Assembly: GCA_905178155.1 (NCBI GenBank)
Contig: CAJINV010000014.1
Span: 310,001 to 373,631, forward strand
Length of the DNA: 63,631 nt
Direction: 5' to 3'
Source of the DNA: Amoebophrya sp. A120
Lineage: Eukaryota > Protista > Dinoflagellata
Shown here: positions 12,901 through 25,000 of the stretch, piece by piece
Layout of the letters: each line of letters begins with the position of its first letter
Position numbering within the stretch: position 1 is the stretch's first letter
Position numbers and translations under genes: made by a program
The notes under the pieces: model-generated
What the model was told of the DNA's origin: nothing
Seen by the model: the letters and a program-made list of their open reading frames with translations, nothing else
Databases searched by the model: none

Positions 12901-13211
12901 TAATTGCAATCATGCGTTACAAGTGTTTTTTCTACCTAAACGTAAAGGCAAATAAGTCCGCATCTTCACAAATTGCTGTTCTCGTCATGCTGAAAAAAAT
13001 TGTCATACGACTTCTGCCGGTACTACGATACTTTTGCACAGGATATGGAGTAGAGTTTTTTCATGGCCTTGTATAGCGCTCGGTTTTGCTCGTAAGTGTC
13101 CAACTCAGCCTGACGCTCCACGAGGGGGAAAACAATCACACCAGCGGTGTAGTACAGGGCGAGAAGAGTGATGGCGAGGCGCCAACGAGACTGCTGCAGA
13201 GGGGAGAGCAT
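9943..13211 (-). CDS. Two-pore-domain (K2P/KCNK-like) potassium channel, multi-exon
   Basis: M1 RLAITLLALYYTAGVIVFPLVE; P1 WSFCGTLFFLTSLATTIGYG; M2 GQMLTIAFGVVGLPIMAFNLLLIA; M3 LLFLISLLVAFLLFGASLF; P2 WTFLESLYFCFVTLSAVGFGDYTP; M4 VVAILYMIFGLGVCASLL. These appear only after removing 6 introners and a GT-AG intron (10906-11013). The 3' end is uncertain. Confidence 0.85.
10266..10431. mobile_element. Introner family F
   Basis: tatcacagaaaaaagt..actttttcctgtgata; TSD gacca; homologous to 15792-15965. Confidence 0.9.
10479..10775. mobile_element. Introner family C
   Basis: tatcgtataggaaaaatcctccc..gggggatttttccttttgata; TSD gccga; splits AVG|FGD. Confidence 0.9.
11262..11526. mobile_element. Introner family A
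   Basis: TIR as family A; TSD ccacc; restores GVVG|LP. Confidence 0.9.
11613..11873. mobile_element. Introner family A
   Basis: TIR as family A; TSD gactg; restores LTSL|ATTIGYG. Confidence 0.9.
12580..12800. mobile_element. Introner family E
   Basis: tatgaaagtgcaca..tgtgcactgtcata; TSD tggtt/tgatt. Confidence 0.8.
12858..13045. mobile_element. Introner family B with eroded TSD
   Basis: tatgcattgtaaaagtatc..gatacttttgcacaggata; flanks actag/tggag; frame restored with the same geometry. Confidence 0.7.
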
Positions 13212-14076
13212 TTTTTAGCAATTAGTATACTGGACAACAAGCAGTGGAATGTGGGCTAGCGCTCCCAGATAAGCATAAGATGCTCAAAGCGTCGCCGATC
13301 TTAATATGCTTACGACGTGCATCTGAACGACGAAACAAGATGTTAAAGCAGGCATCAAGAACGAGACTACCCCTACTTACTTCCATAGCTGGTAACAACA
13401 TAACCAGACGCGGGCTCTCTCTTCACCTCTACTGTGTTTCAACGAGAGTAAGTAATTGGAGGAGGAGGCTGGGCTATGCATCTTCAATGCAGAAACTCAA
13501 CCATTAACTACTACTTCTTCCAATTCGTATTTCATTCTAATCAGTCAAGTACCACAGTGATGCGCATGTCTCTCAACAGCTGCGGTTCCACTACAAGGTC
13601 TGCGCTTGAAGCTGCACAGGAATCCAAAGCCAAACACACAGCAACATAGTTACGAACGTCTGGATTGAATTCACAGAGGCCCGCTGCGTTTCCTTGTTCG
13701 GTTCCGGTTTTCGTTGGAAAAAAAATAGCTTCAAGTAAGTAGATCGTGCCTCTGCCCGGTCAAGAGTTCACACAGTTGAGGGAGCATTCCTTTCATCAGT
13801 GTTCGACGGCATAGTGACCAATGAGCCACCAGTCTGGATTTGACTTTTATTTTCAACTCGTTTTTTCAAGGTCGTAACGTGACATCAATAGGACAAAACC
13901 ATTCTACTTTCGTGAACGAAAAAGGAGCTCTCTGTTCTGGTAGAATACAAACTAACATCAACAAGCAGGCACAAGGCTGTGCATAAGGCTTCAGTGCTGG
14001 TGTTGACTCGTTCCTTTTCCTGTTGTTCCTGTTTATTACAGGAAATCCTCCGTTCTTCCTGCGTTTTAACCAGTTC

Positions 14077-17000
14077 TCATGCCCCAGTTCCCAACAACTC
14101 CTCGATCCGCATGGTTTGCTCGACCACTTTCTTCTGTAACCGCTGTTCCTGTTCCGAAGCCGCCGTCAGCTTCGTCTGCAAATGCGCCACCTCGATGGAG
14201 AGAGACGCTTGATCGGTCTGCAGCCGCTTGGCTTCCTCCTTGTAGCTGTGTGTTGGTTCTTGCTTGATTTTGTGTGGTAAGTTGGATAACACGTGGTCCT
14301 CCACATAAATGCATGAGCACCAGAGAAACATCACTAGATCAATATGACAGTAGGTGGAAAAGTACATTTCTGCCACGGCTTCCGACTCCTTTCTTTTCCT
14401 TCTTTCTGGCTCTAGCCACGCGTTTATCAACCAAAAACGTGCTCCTAACGCCACCAACGATCTTCACAGATTGCAGGCAGGGATAACATATTTTGCCTAC
14501 CATGGATGCTACACACTACAGATTTCAATTTTATCTTGTGTCTACGCATGCGCCCTTGCATCACAAAGTCCGTTGACGTTATTAACACGTTTTCTCGTGA
14601 TAGCTTCGACCGCTTCCGCCGGTACAGTTTCGTAGACGGAGTACAGCCTAGCAGACAATTCGTCATTCAGCTCGTACTGCTTCTGCAGCAGGGATTTATC
14701 CGATGCAAAAGTATCAGTCTCGTACAGCCTCGCTTGACAGACACAGATCTGGGCTTTTGCTACCTACACTACATGCATGTTGTTACAGATTGCGCCTATT
14801 TTCATCGTGCTTGTGGCAAAATTTTCATGCGAATTCTACTAGTCCGATACTTTTACTTTTGCAATGCATAAGCTTGTTTGGACAACAGTTCTGCCTTGTA
14901 CTGTTCGATGAGCTGGTATGCAATACAAATTATTCCCGATGAACTACACACTCACGCACAAAATACATGACAAATTTTCCTAGCTTCACGATCGGCACGA
15001 CTTGTCAATGTCTATGTCATTTATGTCACTACTACAATGCGGACAAAAATAAATCGTGGTCATGCAAGTAGACTACAATGCGGATGGGATAATTTCGGGA
15101 TCAACTTTACTGCGGATAGCTGGCCTTGCTGCTTCTTCTCCATCTGGTCCAGGTCCAGCATCTGATTCTTCTGCTGCAGTAACTGCGAAAATTCCGTTTT
15201 CGTCTGCAGCTCCTGTTTCAGCGACGCGATCTCGGATAGTAAATTTTTCTGGTATGATTCGTACCTGGTGTATCCTGTGTAAAAGAACTATCGCATTAAT
15301 GTGACGAATTGCAGCCACGTAAGTATGTTTTATGACGGGCGTGCGTTGATACCTGAGTCTGCATGATGTATCCGGTTTTTGTTCAGTATCATTTCTTTTT
15401 CTCTTGGAAACTTAAATGACTTGTGATGCAATTACAACCTAATGCGATAGATCTTTTGCAAAAATGCATAGAATGCACTTGTCGTTGATTTCCGCCAAGT
15501 CCGAGACTTTGGCTTGGAGGGCGGACATGGTCTGCGACTGCTCCTTCCTCAAATCTTGCAGCTTATCCTGTGCAAAAGCATCGTACTAGTAGTTGTAATT
15601 GCAATACAAATTAGCCCAGCATTAGAAATGAAATCTGTAATGCGGATTTACCGTAAGAAAACAAAAAAATTTGTAATGCATAAGTGCAAGAAGTACTACG
15701 AGTACGATACTTTTGCAGAGCATACAGCTGCTTCAACAGCAAATTCTCCCCGGCAGGCATTAGCAGTGCTTTCTGGTAACTGTCCAGCTTCTATCAGAAG
15801 AAAAAGTGTATAGCGTTAACGGAATTTGAATTTGTCACGCAGTAATGCATCGCAAAACGTTCCCAAATTTGTCATGTATGGCATGCATCCTGGGCAAAAT
15901 TTGCTATGTGTATTCGCAATGTATGAAAACCGTTTCCGTTAACGCTAACACTTTTTTGTTCGATAGCTTCTGCAATTGCTTGTCCTTCTCCGCGATGAGG
16001 TATCCACTTTGGAAGAAAATTTTTACCGTACAAGTTTATATACTGGGTATAGAGGGCGGCCAGTTTTATTCATGACAGAACCGATTTCATTCGGCATGAC
16101 AAAGTCGCTTTTTTTCTCTAGCCTGTCGGAACAAGAATTTGTTTCCACTTTATTGATTCTCCGCTCCTGTTCCGGAGTGTTGTACGGTATCTATTGGTAG
16201 TAGTTGTAGTACTTATTTTGTTTTGCATATTATGATCTCCAACTCTTTCTTTTCCAACTCCAAGTCGGACAACTTTCCTGACTTCGCCGACAATTGCGTG
16301 TTTAACTCCTGCTCCACTCGGTTGCGGCTTATGCATGGCAAATTTCAACCGTTCTGGCGTGCGCGCGTGCAATTGCGATTTGACAAGAGGGGTTCTGACC
16401 AGCATAGCTGCACTAGCTCACTCAGCAGTACAAGTTCACCTGCGTAGTTTCAGATTCAGACAGTGGCAAAAATTGTCATCGTACATGTTTCTTTATCGTC
16501 GATGCACGGTGATGAATTGGAGAATTGAAATTTGTGATGCGTACGGCCCATCACGTTGGAGTCCACGTCGGTTTGCAGTTCTGTGATCCGCTTCGTCGAC
16601 TCCCGATTCTCAATCTTCAGCTCGTCACAGAGGATGGTTTGCTTCTTCATCTCCTTTTGCTGCTTCTGGTTCGTTATGCACTGCAAAACCAAATCAAAGT
16701 ATCGCACTAATATTTATACTAAAGCGCATCAAAAATGAAAGACGGAATCTGTAAATAATGCATTTTCAGGTAGACAACCCATACGAGTGCGATATTTCAT
16801 CATCTGTTGCACAGGATATTCGCATCGACGAGCTCCTGGATGCGGTTCAAGTCCGTCACGGCCTGCTTTTCCAGTTCCGCAATCCGCGTTTTCAACACCT
16901 CTTGGTGCTTCTTCAACATGGGGATTTGGTTATCCTTGCAATCGACCAGCTCATTGGAGTGCTTCTTGATCTCTAATTTCTGCGTCTCAATAGTGTCCAG

Positions 17001-18322
17001 CAGTTCCTTGTTCTTCTGTTCGGACTCATGCAGTGCCAGGACCAACTTCTCCGTGTGCGCCGGCGCCCACTTCAGGTTCAGCGGGTCTGCGATGCCAGGA
17101 TTTGAGTTCTGCGCGGGGGCTGCTGTTGCAGCTGGTCCTCCGCTGAAATAAACGTCGGAACTGGAGGACGTGGGAGCGACACCTCCTGCTGCAATTTGAC
17201 CAGCCGGTGAAGTTTTGTTTCCTGCGTTAGTCAGAAGCATCTTGTTCTCGTTTTCCAGCATGTTCACTTTCGTCTTCAATGCTTCGATCAGCTGTTCCTC
17301 CACCGAAGTGGCGGAATTTGCGTTCACCATGTCCATATCAAATGCAAAAATGTCCGGGTCTGGGAGATTGCGAGATTTGTCATGTTAGTCTGGCATGGCT
17401 CTCAAGTCTGTCATGCGCGCCAACCAAAAACCACACTTCTCTGTCATGCAGAAACGCAGTAGTTTGTCATGCAGATAGACAAGACTATAGCAATTGCAAT
17501 TCCAAAACCTGTCATGCTTGGCTGTCGATGAAGGCGTCCACATGAAGATTCGCCAAACAGCATCACAAGTTTCCAGACCCAGACATATTTGCAGTTGATA
17601 GTCCACCAAATCCGCTGTCTCCGGGTCCATGGCAAAGGACATCGTGATGTCGTTGGCATTTGGATTACATCCTGTGCAAAAGTATCGCACTCGTAGTAAT
17701 TGCAGTCATGCATTGCAAATTTTTTTCCCAAGGTAAGTCCGCATTTACAGATTTCATTTCTCATGCTGAGGAAATTTGTACTGCATTTATACGAGTACGG
17801 CACTTTTGCAATTCAAGTTCATAGATTATTTCCAGCACGAGCATTCATCTTCGATGTCGTTGTACTTATGTTGTTATTCCCTGTACTACTAGTCTGGTTC
17901 AGTTTTCGCATGTTTGAATTCGCCAGGACCTGCTTTCGGATCTTATGACGTTCTCAAATGTTACATTCTCAACAGGTATATGATTTGTCCTGCAAAACTA
18001 CAATCAGAATCGACATGGTCAAGCTGCTTCGCATGACAAATTCTTGAAGGGCCAATCAGGCTGAGAAAGTGTTCCAAATCTGTCATGCAAGACGCGCAAG
18101 GTCACCCCGTCCACCTTTTCCGTTCTTGCATCACAAATTCATGCAACAGTTCAGAATGTAACAGCTGAACACGCCATAGTTCTCCTCCTCCGCCGTGCGT
18201 TCCTCCTTCGTGCGCCACTGCACCGCGTGGCCGTTGGAGGACGACAGCGGCCGCTTTTTCGGAATCTTTGTGGGGGCGGTGGACGTTGGGCCGCCCTGCA
18301 TGGAAGCCTTCGCGGTACTCAT
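14077..18322 (-). CDS. Coiled-coil protein of unknown function, multi-exon (about 10 introners)
   Basis: Heptad-rich exons (EQLIEALKTKVNMLENENK; ELVDANQKQQKEMKKQ; RVEQELNTQLSAKSGKLSDLELEKKELEII; LKQLQDLRKEQ) join in frame after introner removal. The 3' exons are less certain. Confidence 0.7.
14697..14870. mobile_element. Introner family B (degenerate)
   Basis: tatccgatgcaaaagta..tacttttgcaatgcata; flanks ggatt/agctt. Confidence 0.65.
15564..15724. mobile_element. Introner family B
   Basis: tatcctgtgcaaaagcatcgtact..agtacgatacttttgcagagcata; TSD cagct. Confidence 0.9.
15792..15965. mobile_element. Introner family F
   Basis: tatcagaagaaaaagtgt..acacttttttgttcgata; TSD gcttc. Confidence 0.85.
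16330..16543. mobile_element. Introner family G
   Basis: tatgcatggcaaatttcaa..ttgaaatttgtgatgcgta; TSD cggct/cggcc; restores VMGR|NRV. Confidence 0.8.
16675..16818. mobile_element. Introner family B (degenerate)
   Basis: tatgcactgcaa..ttgcacaggata; TSD ttcgt/ttcgc. Confidence 0.75.
17336..17600. mobile_element. Introner family A
   Basis: TIR as family A; TSD gtcca; restores DLVD|MVN. Confidence 0.9.
17668..17823. mobile_element. Introner family B (starts CA)
   Basis: catcctgtgcaaaagtatc..cttttgcaattcaagttcata; TSD gatta. Confidence 0.8.
17944..18178. mobile_element. Introner family D
   Basis: tatgacgttctcaaatgttacattct..agaatgtaacagctgaacacgccata; TSD gatct/gttct. Confidence 0.8.
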
Positions 18323-19012
18323 TTTTAGAGTTGTCGTTGGTCTTTGTGCCGAAGCTGCCGACTTTGAATTCTAGTAATATACGCTAGGCCTAGCAGTAGG
18401 AGTAGTGACAGATGAATATTTTACAAAGCGCTTCTTAATGTTAACTGGAAATGGTACGATCACCACGTGCGCGTGGGTGTGCAACTGATTGCGCATTATA
18501 TAGATACTCCGATTTGGATTTCCTCCACAGGTAAAAAGCCGTTTGCAGACGCTCTACAACTGTAGTTCTCTTCGCCATTTATTTTGTTTACTACTCGACG
18601 AACGTCCTCGCAGCGGGTCGCTCGTGTCACTCAAAAGCATCTGTCTAAAGCTGTAAGTACCTCAGGTGGACAACGTGAAGACAAGTGATTCGCCAGGGAA
18701 CTCGACCTCGAGGCAAGAGTAACCTGCTAAATCAAATAAATACAAATCAAGCGCATGAGGAGGAACAACGAAAGCGAGCACAGCAGCGGCATAGGCATTT
18801 TCGGAGGTCAGTTTTTTTTTTTGTTGACAAATGCAAGTACACAGAAAAGCAATGGATTCTTCGCTTGTCATTTTTTTGAAAAGAAAAGTTGTAACTGTAA
18901 GGAATTGCGTGCACTGAAGAAACACGGCTCACGTGCTGTTATGTCAAGTCAAAGAATCCGACACATCAACAAACTGAGTTGTGAAAAATCTGAGTGAAGA
19001 AAGTAGCTTTCC

Positions 19013-22000
19013 TTATTCCTGCAGTTTCAGGGGTGCAAATCGCACGATTCCAGCGGCGCTCGCAGTCACAACAAACATTCCGTTGTCGCCAGCCCGTGGA
19101 CAGACACTGCAAGCGGTGATCGGTAGCTGCTTCCATGTTGCGGTGACTTCATGCTCCGCATCACCACCTTGGTCCACGTTTTTCTGACTTCTAAAGTCTT
19201 CCTGTAACAGAAAACTACTGCTCGAGCTGCCTGCGCCCGCGCCGGACGATCCAGGAGAAAAGTTTTTGCTTTGAAGCTTTGTTGCCGTTGTCATCACGCT
19301 CGGTTCTTTCGCGGCCCTCATCAGATTCACCTTCTGTTCGCAATTCCGTACCTGGTGCAGTAGTGGCTGCAAGTTCATCGCGATTCCGCGACTGTTGAAG
19401 CCGTAATTTGTCGCGATAACCCCGATAATTGAGGAAGAGAGAGCCTTTGTTGAAGATGTCGCTTTACTATCATGTGAAGATGTCGCTAGTTGTAATTCTG
19501 TCTTGTCGCTGGTTCTCGTGGTACTTCTCGTCATGTTCTCCTGATTCTGTGAAACTAGTTCCAAATAACTCCGGTGTCTCTCCCGGATTTTGCTCGTGAT
19601 CAGTTCCTGTCCGCCCGAGATTTTGTCGTAGGATTCTTGAATGGCCTGGTTCCACCGCTCATTCGCGTTGCCGAGGTTGTTGCTCGGTAAGAACGAAGTC
19701 GTGGAAGTAGATTGTTGCGCACCACTAGAAGGTTGTTGCTGCGCGGTAGACGAGTAAATCGTGGCATTTTTGTTCATTCTCGACGAGGATAGCAGGGGCA
19801 AAGAAGAAGGATCAGCATCATGAGCTACTTCCCCCGTTCCGTGATCGTCCTCCCCTTTACTCACCAACTTCTTCTGCTCAAAACTGATGGCAAACCACTG
19901 CTGCATGGTGACTTTCGTGTGCGCTTTCAAGGATTTCGGCAGTAACCACAACACGTCCCCGGTGTCCCACGCGGTCAGAAATCCCCCCTGCACTGTGTCA
20001 CAGCAAGACAAGCAGGAAATGCCGTGCAGGCCCGCAGACCAAATCTTCATCGTAGAGGACGAGTCGGGTTTGGTCGGCTGGTGCTGGAATGGCTTGCTAT
20101 TGTTGTTGTTTTGTTTCTTTCCGGTTTGATGGTCGTGCTGGAGTTGTGCAGCTTGTGTCGAAGAAGTCGCTCTGCTTTTCATCTTATCGTTGTCGTCCAT
20201 CAGATCGTCTTCTTCAAACGGACCAGTCCCGAGGTTCAGCTGCCCCAAAGGATTCTCAACCTCGTCCAAAAAATCTAACGCAGAGGATGAGGAAGCCGGG
20301 GTGGTCGCCCCGGTCCCCTGGAGGTTAGGTTGCTGCTTCATCAAGTTCGCAGCTTCCTGTTTCATCGCTAAGTAGCTGCTGCCAGGTTTATTCTCCGCTG
20401 CTGGTACATCAACTATTAGCTCTTGTTCCTTCACCTTAAAGCTCAGGCCCTGAAACTGCCCCTCGAACAGGTTCAGAACCTGCGACTCGCGCCACTGACG
20501 CACGAACACTTCGGACATGTTGGTCATGGACCACTGGAGCTGATCGATCGGGACCGGGTGGGCTTGGAAGACCGCGATCGGCGCGGAGGTCGCCCTGTTG
20601 ATCCTGGAAAACTTTTCGGGGTAAATGTCGTCGTTGCTGATTTTATCGTCGAGCGGTTTCATCATGTTGTGGAAGCCGGCGCGACGTGGGCCGCCTTCAG
20701 GACGAGATGAACCTGTGCGGGGGAGAAGATAATTATCCTTGGCGGTAGTTCCAACTTGTTCCATAGAGACGTCAACGTCGTTCATGTTCTTCACCATTAT
20801 ATTTCGGCCCTGCTGCTTCGAAGAAGAAGCCGAAGCCGCACCAGCCCCGCGAGATGAACCCCCGCTGCTTTTTCGTTTCTGCGACGTGGTGGCGGAAGTT
20901 GCAGCCTTCGCCTTAATATTATTCGCGGAAGAATTTTTACCAGCGGAAACCGTGGCGTCGCCGTTGTTTTCGTCGTCGTTGTCGTCGTCGCGAGAAGTAG
21001 GAGCAGCACCGGCTCCTGTGGTGGAAAAACTCGCCGTGGAGGCAGTAGACCCTTCAACATCCTCCATCGCCCCGGTGGGCAGCATGTAGACGAAAATTTT
21101 CCCGCTCGCGTCCCCGCTGATCAGAGAGGTTCCGTCCGGGGAAAACGCCACGGCCGTGATGGCTTTCTGCTTCAGCTGCGGCTTAAGAACAGCAACGAGA
21201 TGGTCGCGGTCTTCGGTAAATATTGGCGAGGGTTGTACTAGATTGTTGTTTTCATTTCGTCCGCCTTGATAATGCAGCTGCCTTGGACCTGGTGGTCCTT
21301 CATGCTGCAGCTCTCGATCTTGTTGTGCATCTTGCTTTCTCGTCTTACTGGACGATACATTTTTCATCTTTGATGCCGAGGTTTTGCCGTGCCTCGACTC
21401 GTCGCGACCTGCAGGACCAACAGGACGACCCCCACGAGGACCTCCTACTGGTGCATGAGCTGAGTCCTCCCGCCCGCCCATGTAGTCTGCCTCCAACTGT
21501 CGCAAGCGACTGAAGTGCGGATTTTTCCCCGCGTCTTCCACCAGCAACGTCGGGTTATTCACCTTGCCCTTCGGCGCGTAAACCCGGATCCCGCCGTACC
21601 GTTCTCCAGCGGCGATTAGAAGCGTTCTGCGCGCCACTGGAGATGCCAGTTGAGATGTCGACTCTGCTTCTCGTGTGCGCACTGTAGGGGACTGGGTTCC
21701 TTTCTTGTCTTTGTTGTCAACAGCTCCACGTGCTGGAGGTCCAGTATTGCTTTTCTTGCTGCCTCCTTGTTGTTCTGCAGTAGTACTGAGCAACATGTTG
21801 CTCGTCCCTTTCGCTTTATTAATATTGCTCCCTGCAACAGCACCACCACCAAGACCAACAGGCTCAGGCGCGCAGCCGGGTGTCGCGTTGCTTACTAGGG
21901 CAGCTGCGCCATGATCGCCGGGGTCCACGTCGTCGCCAGAGCTTTGATTTTCCACCCCCACGTGATCCCAGACCGCGAAGCAGAAAAACTCCCCGGTGGC

Positions 22001-25000
22001 GAAGTTCCCCTTCAAGTACTCCCCCGAGCGGTAGTCCCGGTTGTCCAACTCCCGCGTCATCAGCCCGTTGTGCGGAATATCCACGCGCGCTTCCCACACC
22101 GGCGGCAGAAACAACTGCGGCATTCCGCGATCGATCTTATTTGTCCGGCGAGTTCGCCTCGATCTCGTTCTATTCTGCTCTTGGTCCAGAGACAGATTTC
22201 TCCCCTTTGGTGGGTTTTTCGGTAAGGAAAAAATCTGCAGTCGCCCGTCGCCGCGCAGGACCAAGAGGAGCCCTAGTCGTGGGTGTTCCGAGTACACCTG
22301 GGAAGTTCTCTCCAACTTACTCTCCGGATTGTACTTGATGAACTTCAAATCCTTGGTAAAAGCCCCCGTGTGGCAGAGGGTAAACCACTTCTCGAACCGG
22401 TAGGAAGTCGTGTTTGTCAGCGACAGGTCGCGGCTTATTTCGTGTTGCTTGTTGAAGTTCATCTCTCCTCGCTTGGAATTCCTTCCAGCTGCCGGCGTGC
22501 CACTGCTTTTGAGGCTTTTTGAACTACAATTCGACGCTGCCGAGGGGCTCTTGTCGCGGTGGCCCGGTGAAAGAAGCACTTGTTTCGTTTGGATCAGCTT
22601 GACCAAAACGATTTCTGCCAATTGGGACTCGTCGAAGACCATGATGTCCAGTGACCGCCGCGACGCAAACTTCTCCTTCAAAATCGCCATGGCGGCCAGA
22701 TTATGCATTGCAAATGTGTCTGGGTCTGGAAGGATGCAATTTGTGATGCTACCTTTGGACTCTACATAAAATCTGTATTGCATGAACAGCAAAAAAGTTG
22801 TAATTTGTGCTACGCGGAGAGGGCATTTCTCATGCAGAACGAGCATCAGAAAGCCCTCGCAAAATCTCTCATGCTAGGGCATGCATCACAGACCTCATGG
22901 GTCAGGGTCATGCAAAATCTACATGACAAACTCCTGCATTCTTCCAGACCCAGACATATTTGCAATGCATACAGATGAGTTTCTTCCTCCGTAGTGATCT
23001 CTTCTCCATCGGGGAGAAACAATTTACCTTGCTCATCATCGTAGCTGCCTCGGCCACTTTGCCTGTTCTGGTTCATCTTCTTTCCCCCGGACTTCGACCT
23101 TCCCCTGTTCGTACTAGTTGTTCCCCCACCATTCATCATTCCCGTCACGGAGGACTTCGATCTCCGCGCGTGGTTCGACGCGGTTGCTGCATCATTTCTG
23201 TGGTTCGGAGAAGACGATAAATTCAAAAGTCTTTTGTCTACTTCCTGGTGATGTCCTCTACTACCGCCAGCTCCTCCCCGGTGCGTCGCGGCCCGGCCGG
23301 CAGTGTTTGGATTGGTCGTGCTGCGTCGGCCCCTTGTTCCGGAATTGCCGGTCGCAGCAGCGGAGGACGAGGCGAACTTCATGTTGTGATTTTTTCCACC
23401 AGTAGAGGAAGCAGGTGAAGCCGACATAGACCCTGTTTGAAGGAAATTATAGCTCCCAGAACTTCCACTGCTGCTCCCGTCTTTGCGCAAGTGCGCCGTG
23501 CAGTCATACATGGCACAACAGTTCACAACATTGCCAATGTTGAAGAATGTCTCCTGATTATTACTTCCTGCAGACGTTGGAAGATGAAAGCCGCTCTGAT
23601 GTTGTTGCTGAAAGGAAATATCAAACTCCTGCTTCGGGGGAAGCAGCTTCGGCTGTCTGCTTGGTGTCCTTCGCTGTTGTCCTCCAGGAGCTCGTCGAGG
23701 CTCCACTACGTCCATTGGCGAGTAGTCGCCGTCAACATGTTCTTGACTTTCTTTTGTTGATGAAAACCCGCCTGGCATTTGTTCAAAATTCCATTGCTTT
23801 CCCAAAGCAGTCTGATTTTCCCGGATCCAGACATTCTGTTGCTGATTCAGTTGTCCTCGGGGGGCTCCTGCTCGAGGACCTTCCACAACAGGGGGCGGAC
23901 CAACTGGTGCAACGGGTTCGCGATAAAACTCTTCAGCGATGTGCTCGACCAGGAGCGAGGCCGCGGCACCAGGAGCTGCGGCCCCTCCTCCTCCTTCTGC
24001 TGGCACTACCATCAGCGTTGGGGTAGAAGTGGAAACTGTCCCTGCGCCGGCCGGCGCACCTCCTTGGTCAGCAAATGGTGCGAAGAGGTTCTTGTTCGGG
24101 GCGCGAGGAGCCGCACCTGATGAAAGTTGGTTACTGGTAAAACTTTTTCGCCTACTAGACGACGACGAAGATGAGCCGATCATTTTCAGAGCGCCGGCAC
24201 CGCTGCCGTCCACAGAGCTCCCGACGGAAGATGAAGACTCCACCGGACTCTGGTCGACCCAACTAGGCGTGGCCGAACTGGAAATCGGGCTTGGAAGGTC
24301 TAAATTCTTCTCCAGTTCGCTGGACAGCACGAAGGAGCGGATCACAGGAGCAGGGGGCTGGAGTTCTACTACTTGGGCGTCCTGATTTCAAGTTGTGCTT
24401 ATTTTTACATAATTTGATTACTTCTTCGATTTTCTTCATGCATGTTCTTATTTCTACGAAGTGGTTTGTCGAGCCAAGAGGTGATGTCTGTGTGTAATAG
24501 AAGACCTGCTTATGTATAATCGTCTTCTATCAAAAATCGAAAAGCGAAATAAAACTTCGTAAAAGCTCAAATAATGTTCTTTCATACCTGCGCGCTATCG
24601 CCTTCCTGTTCCTGGTCCACCGCAGCAGCCTTTTCAACATAATCCCCTGCACCGTGCTCTACCTGTACTTCCAGCTCGTCCGTAGCTGGTTGAACAAGCA
24701 TCTCCCCGCTTTCATCATCTTCATCTCCCTGTTCCTCGTCCTCCACATTCTCGTCGTGAAGCTCCTCCTCAGAACCAAATTCCATAAACGAAACTGGCGG
24801 CGTATGAACTGCAAAAGTATCGCACTCGTATAAATGCATGACAAATTCCCTCAGCGTGAGAAATAAAATTCCTAATGCGGATTTACCTTGAGAAAAAAAA
24901 CTTGTAATGCATGATTGCAATACGAGCACGATACTTTTGCACAGGATACGGTGCCCAAAACGGGTAACTTTCCTCAATCACCAGGCTCTTGTTGACAACA

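Noticed and set aside
22702-22971. Apparent frameshift or pseudogene between ORFs 19013-22846 and 22846-24345
   Set aside because: Explained by a 270-bp introner plus 5-bp TSD; removal restores the frame.
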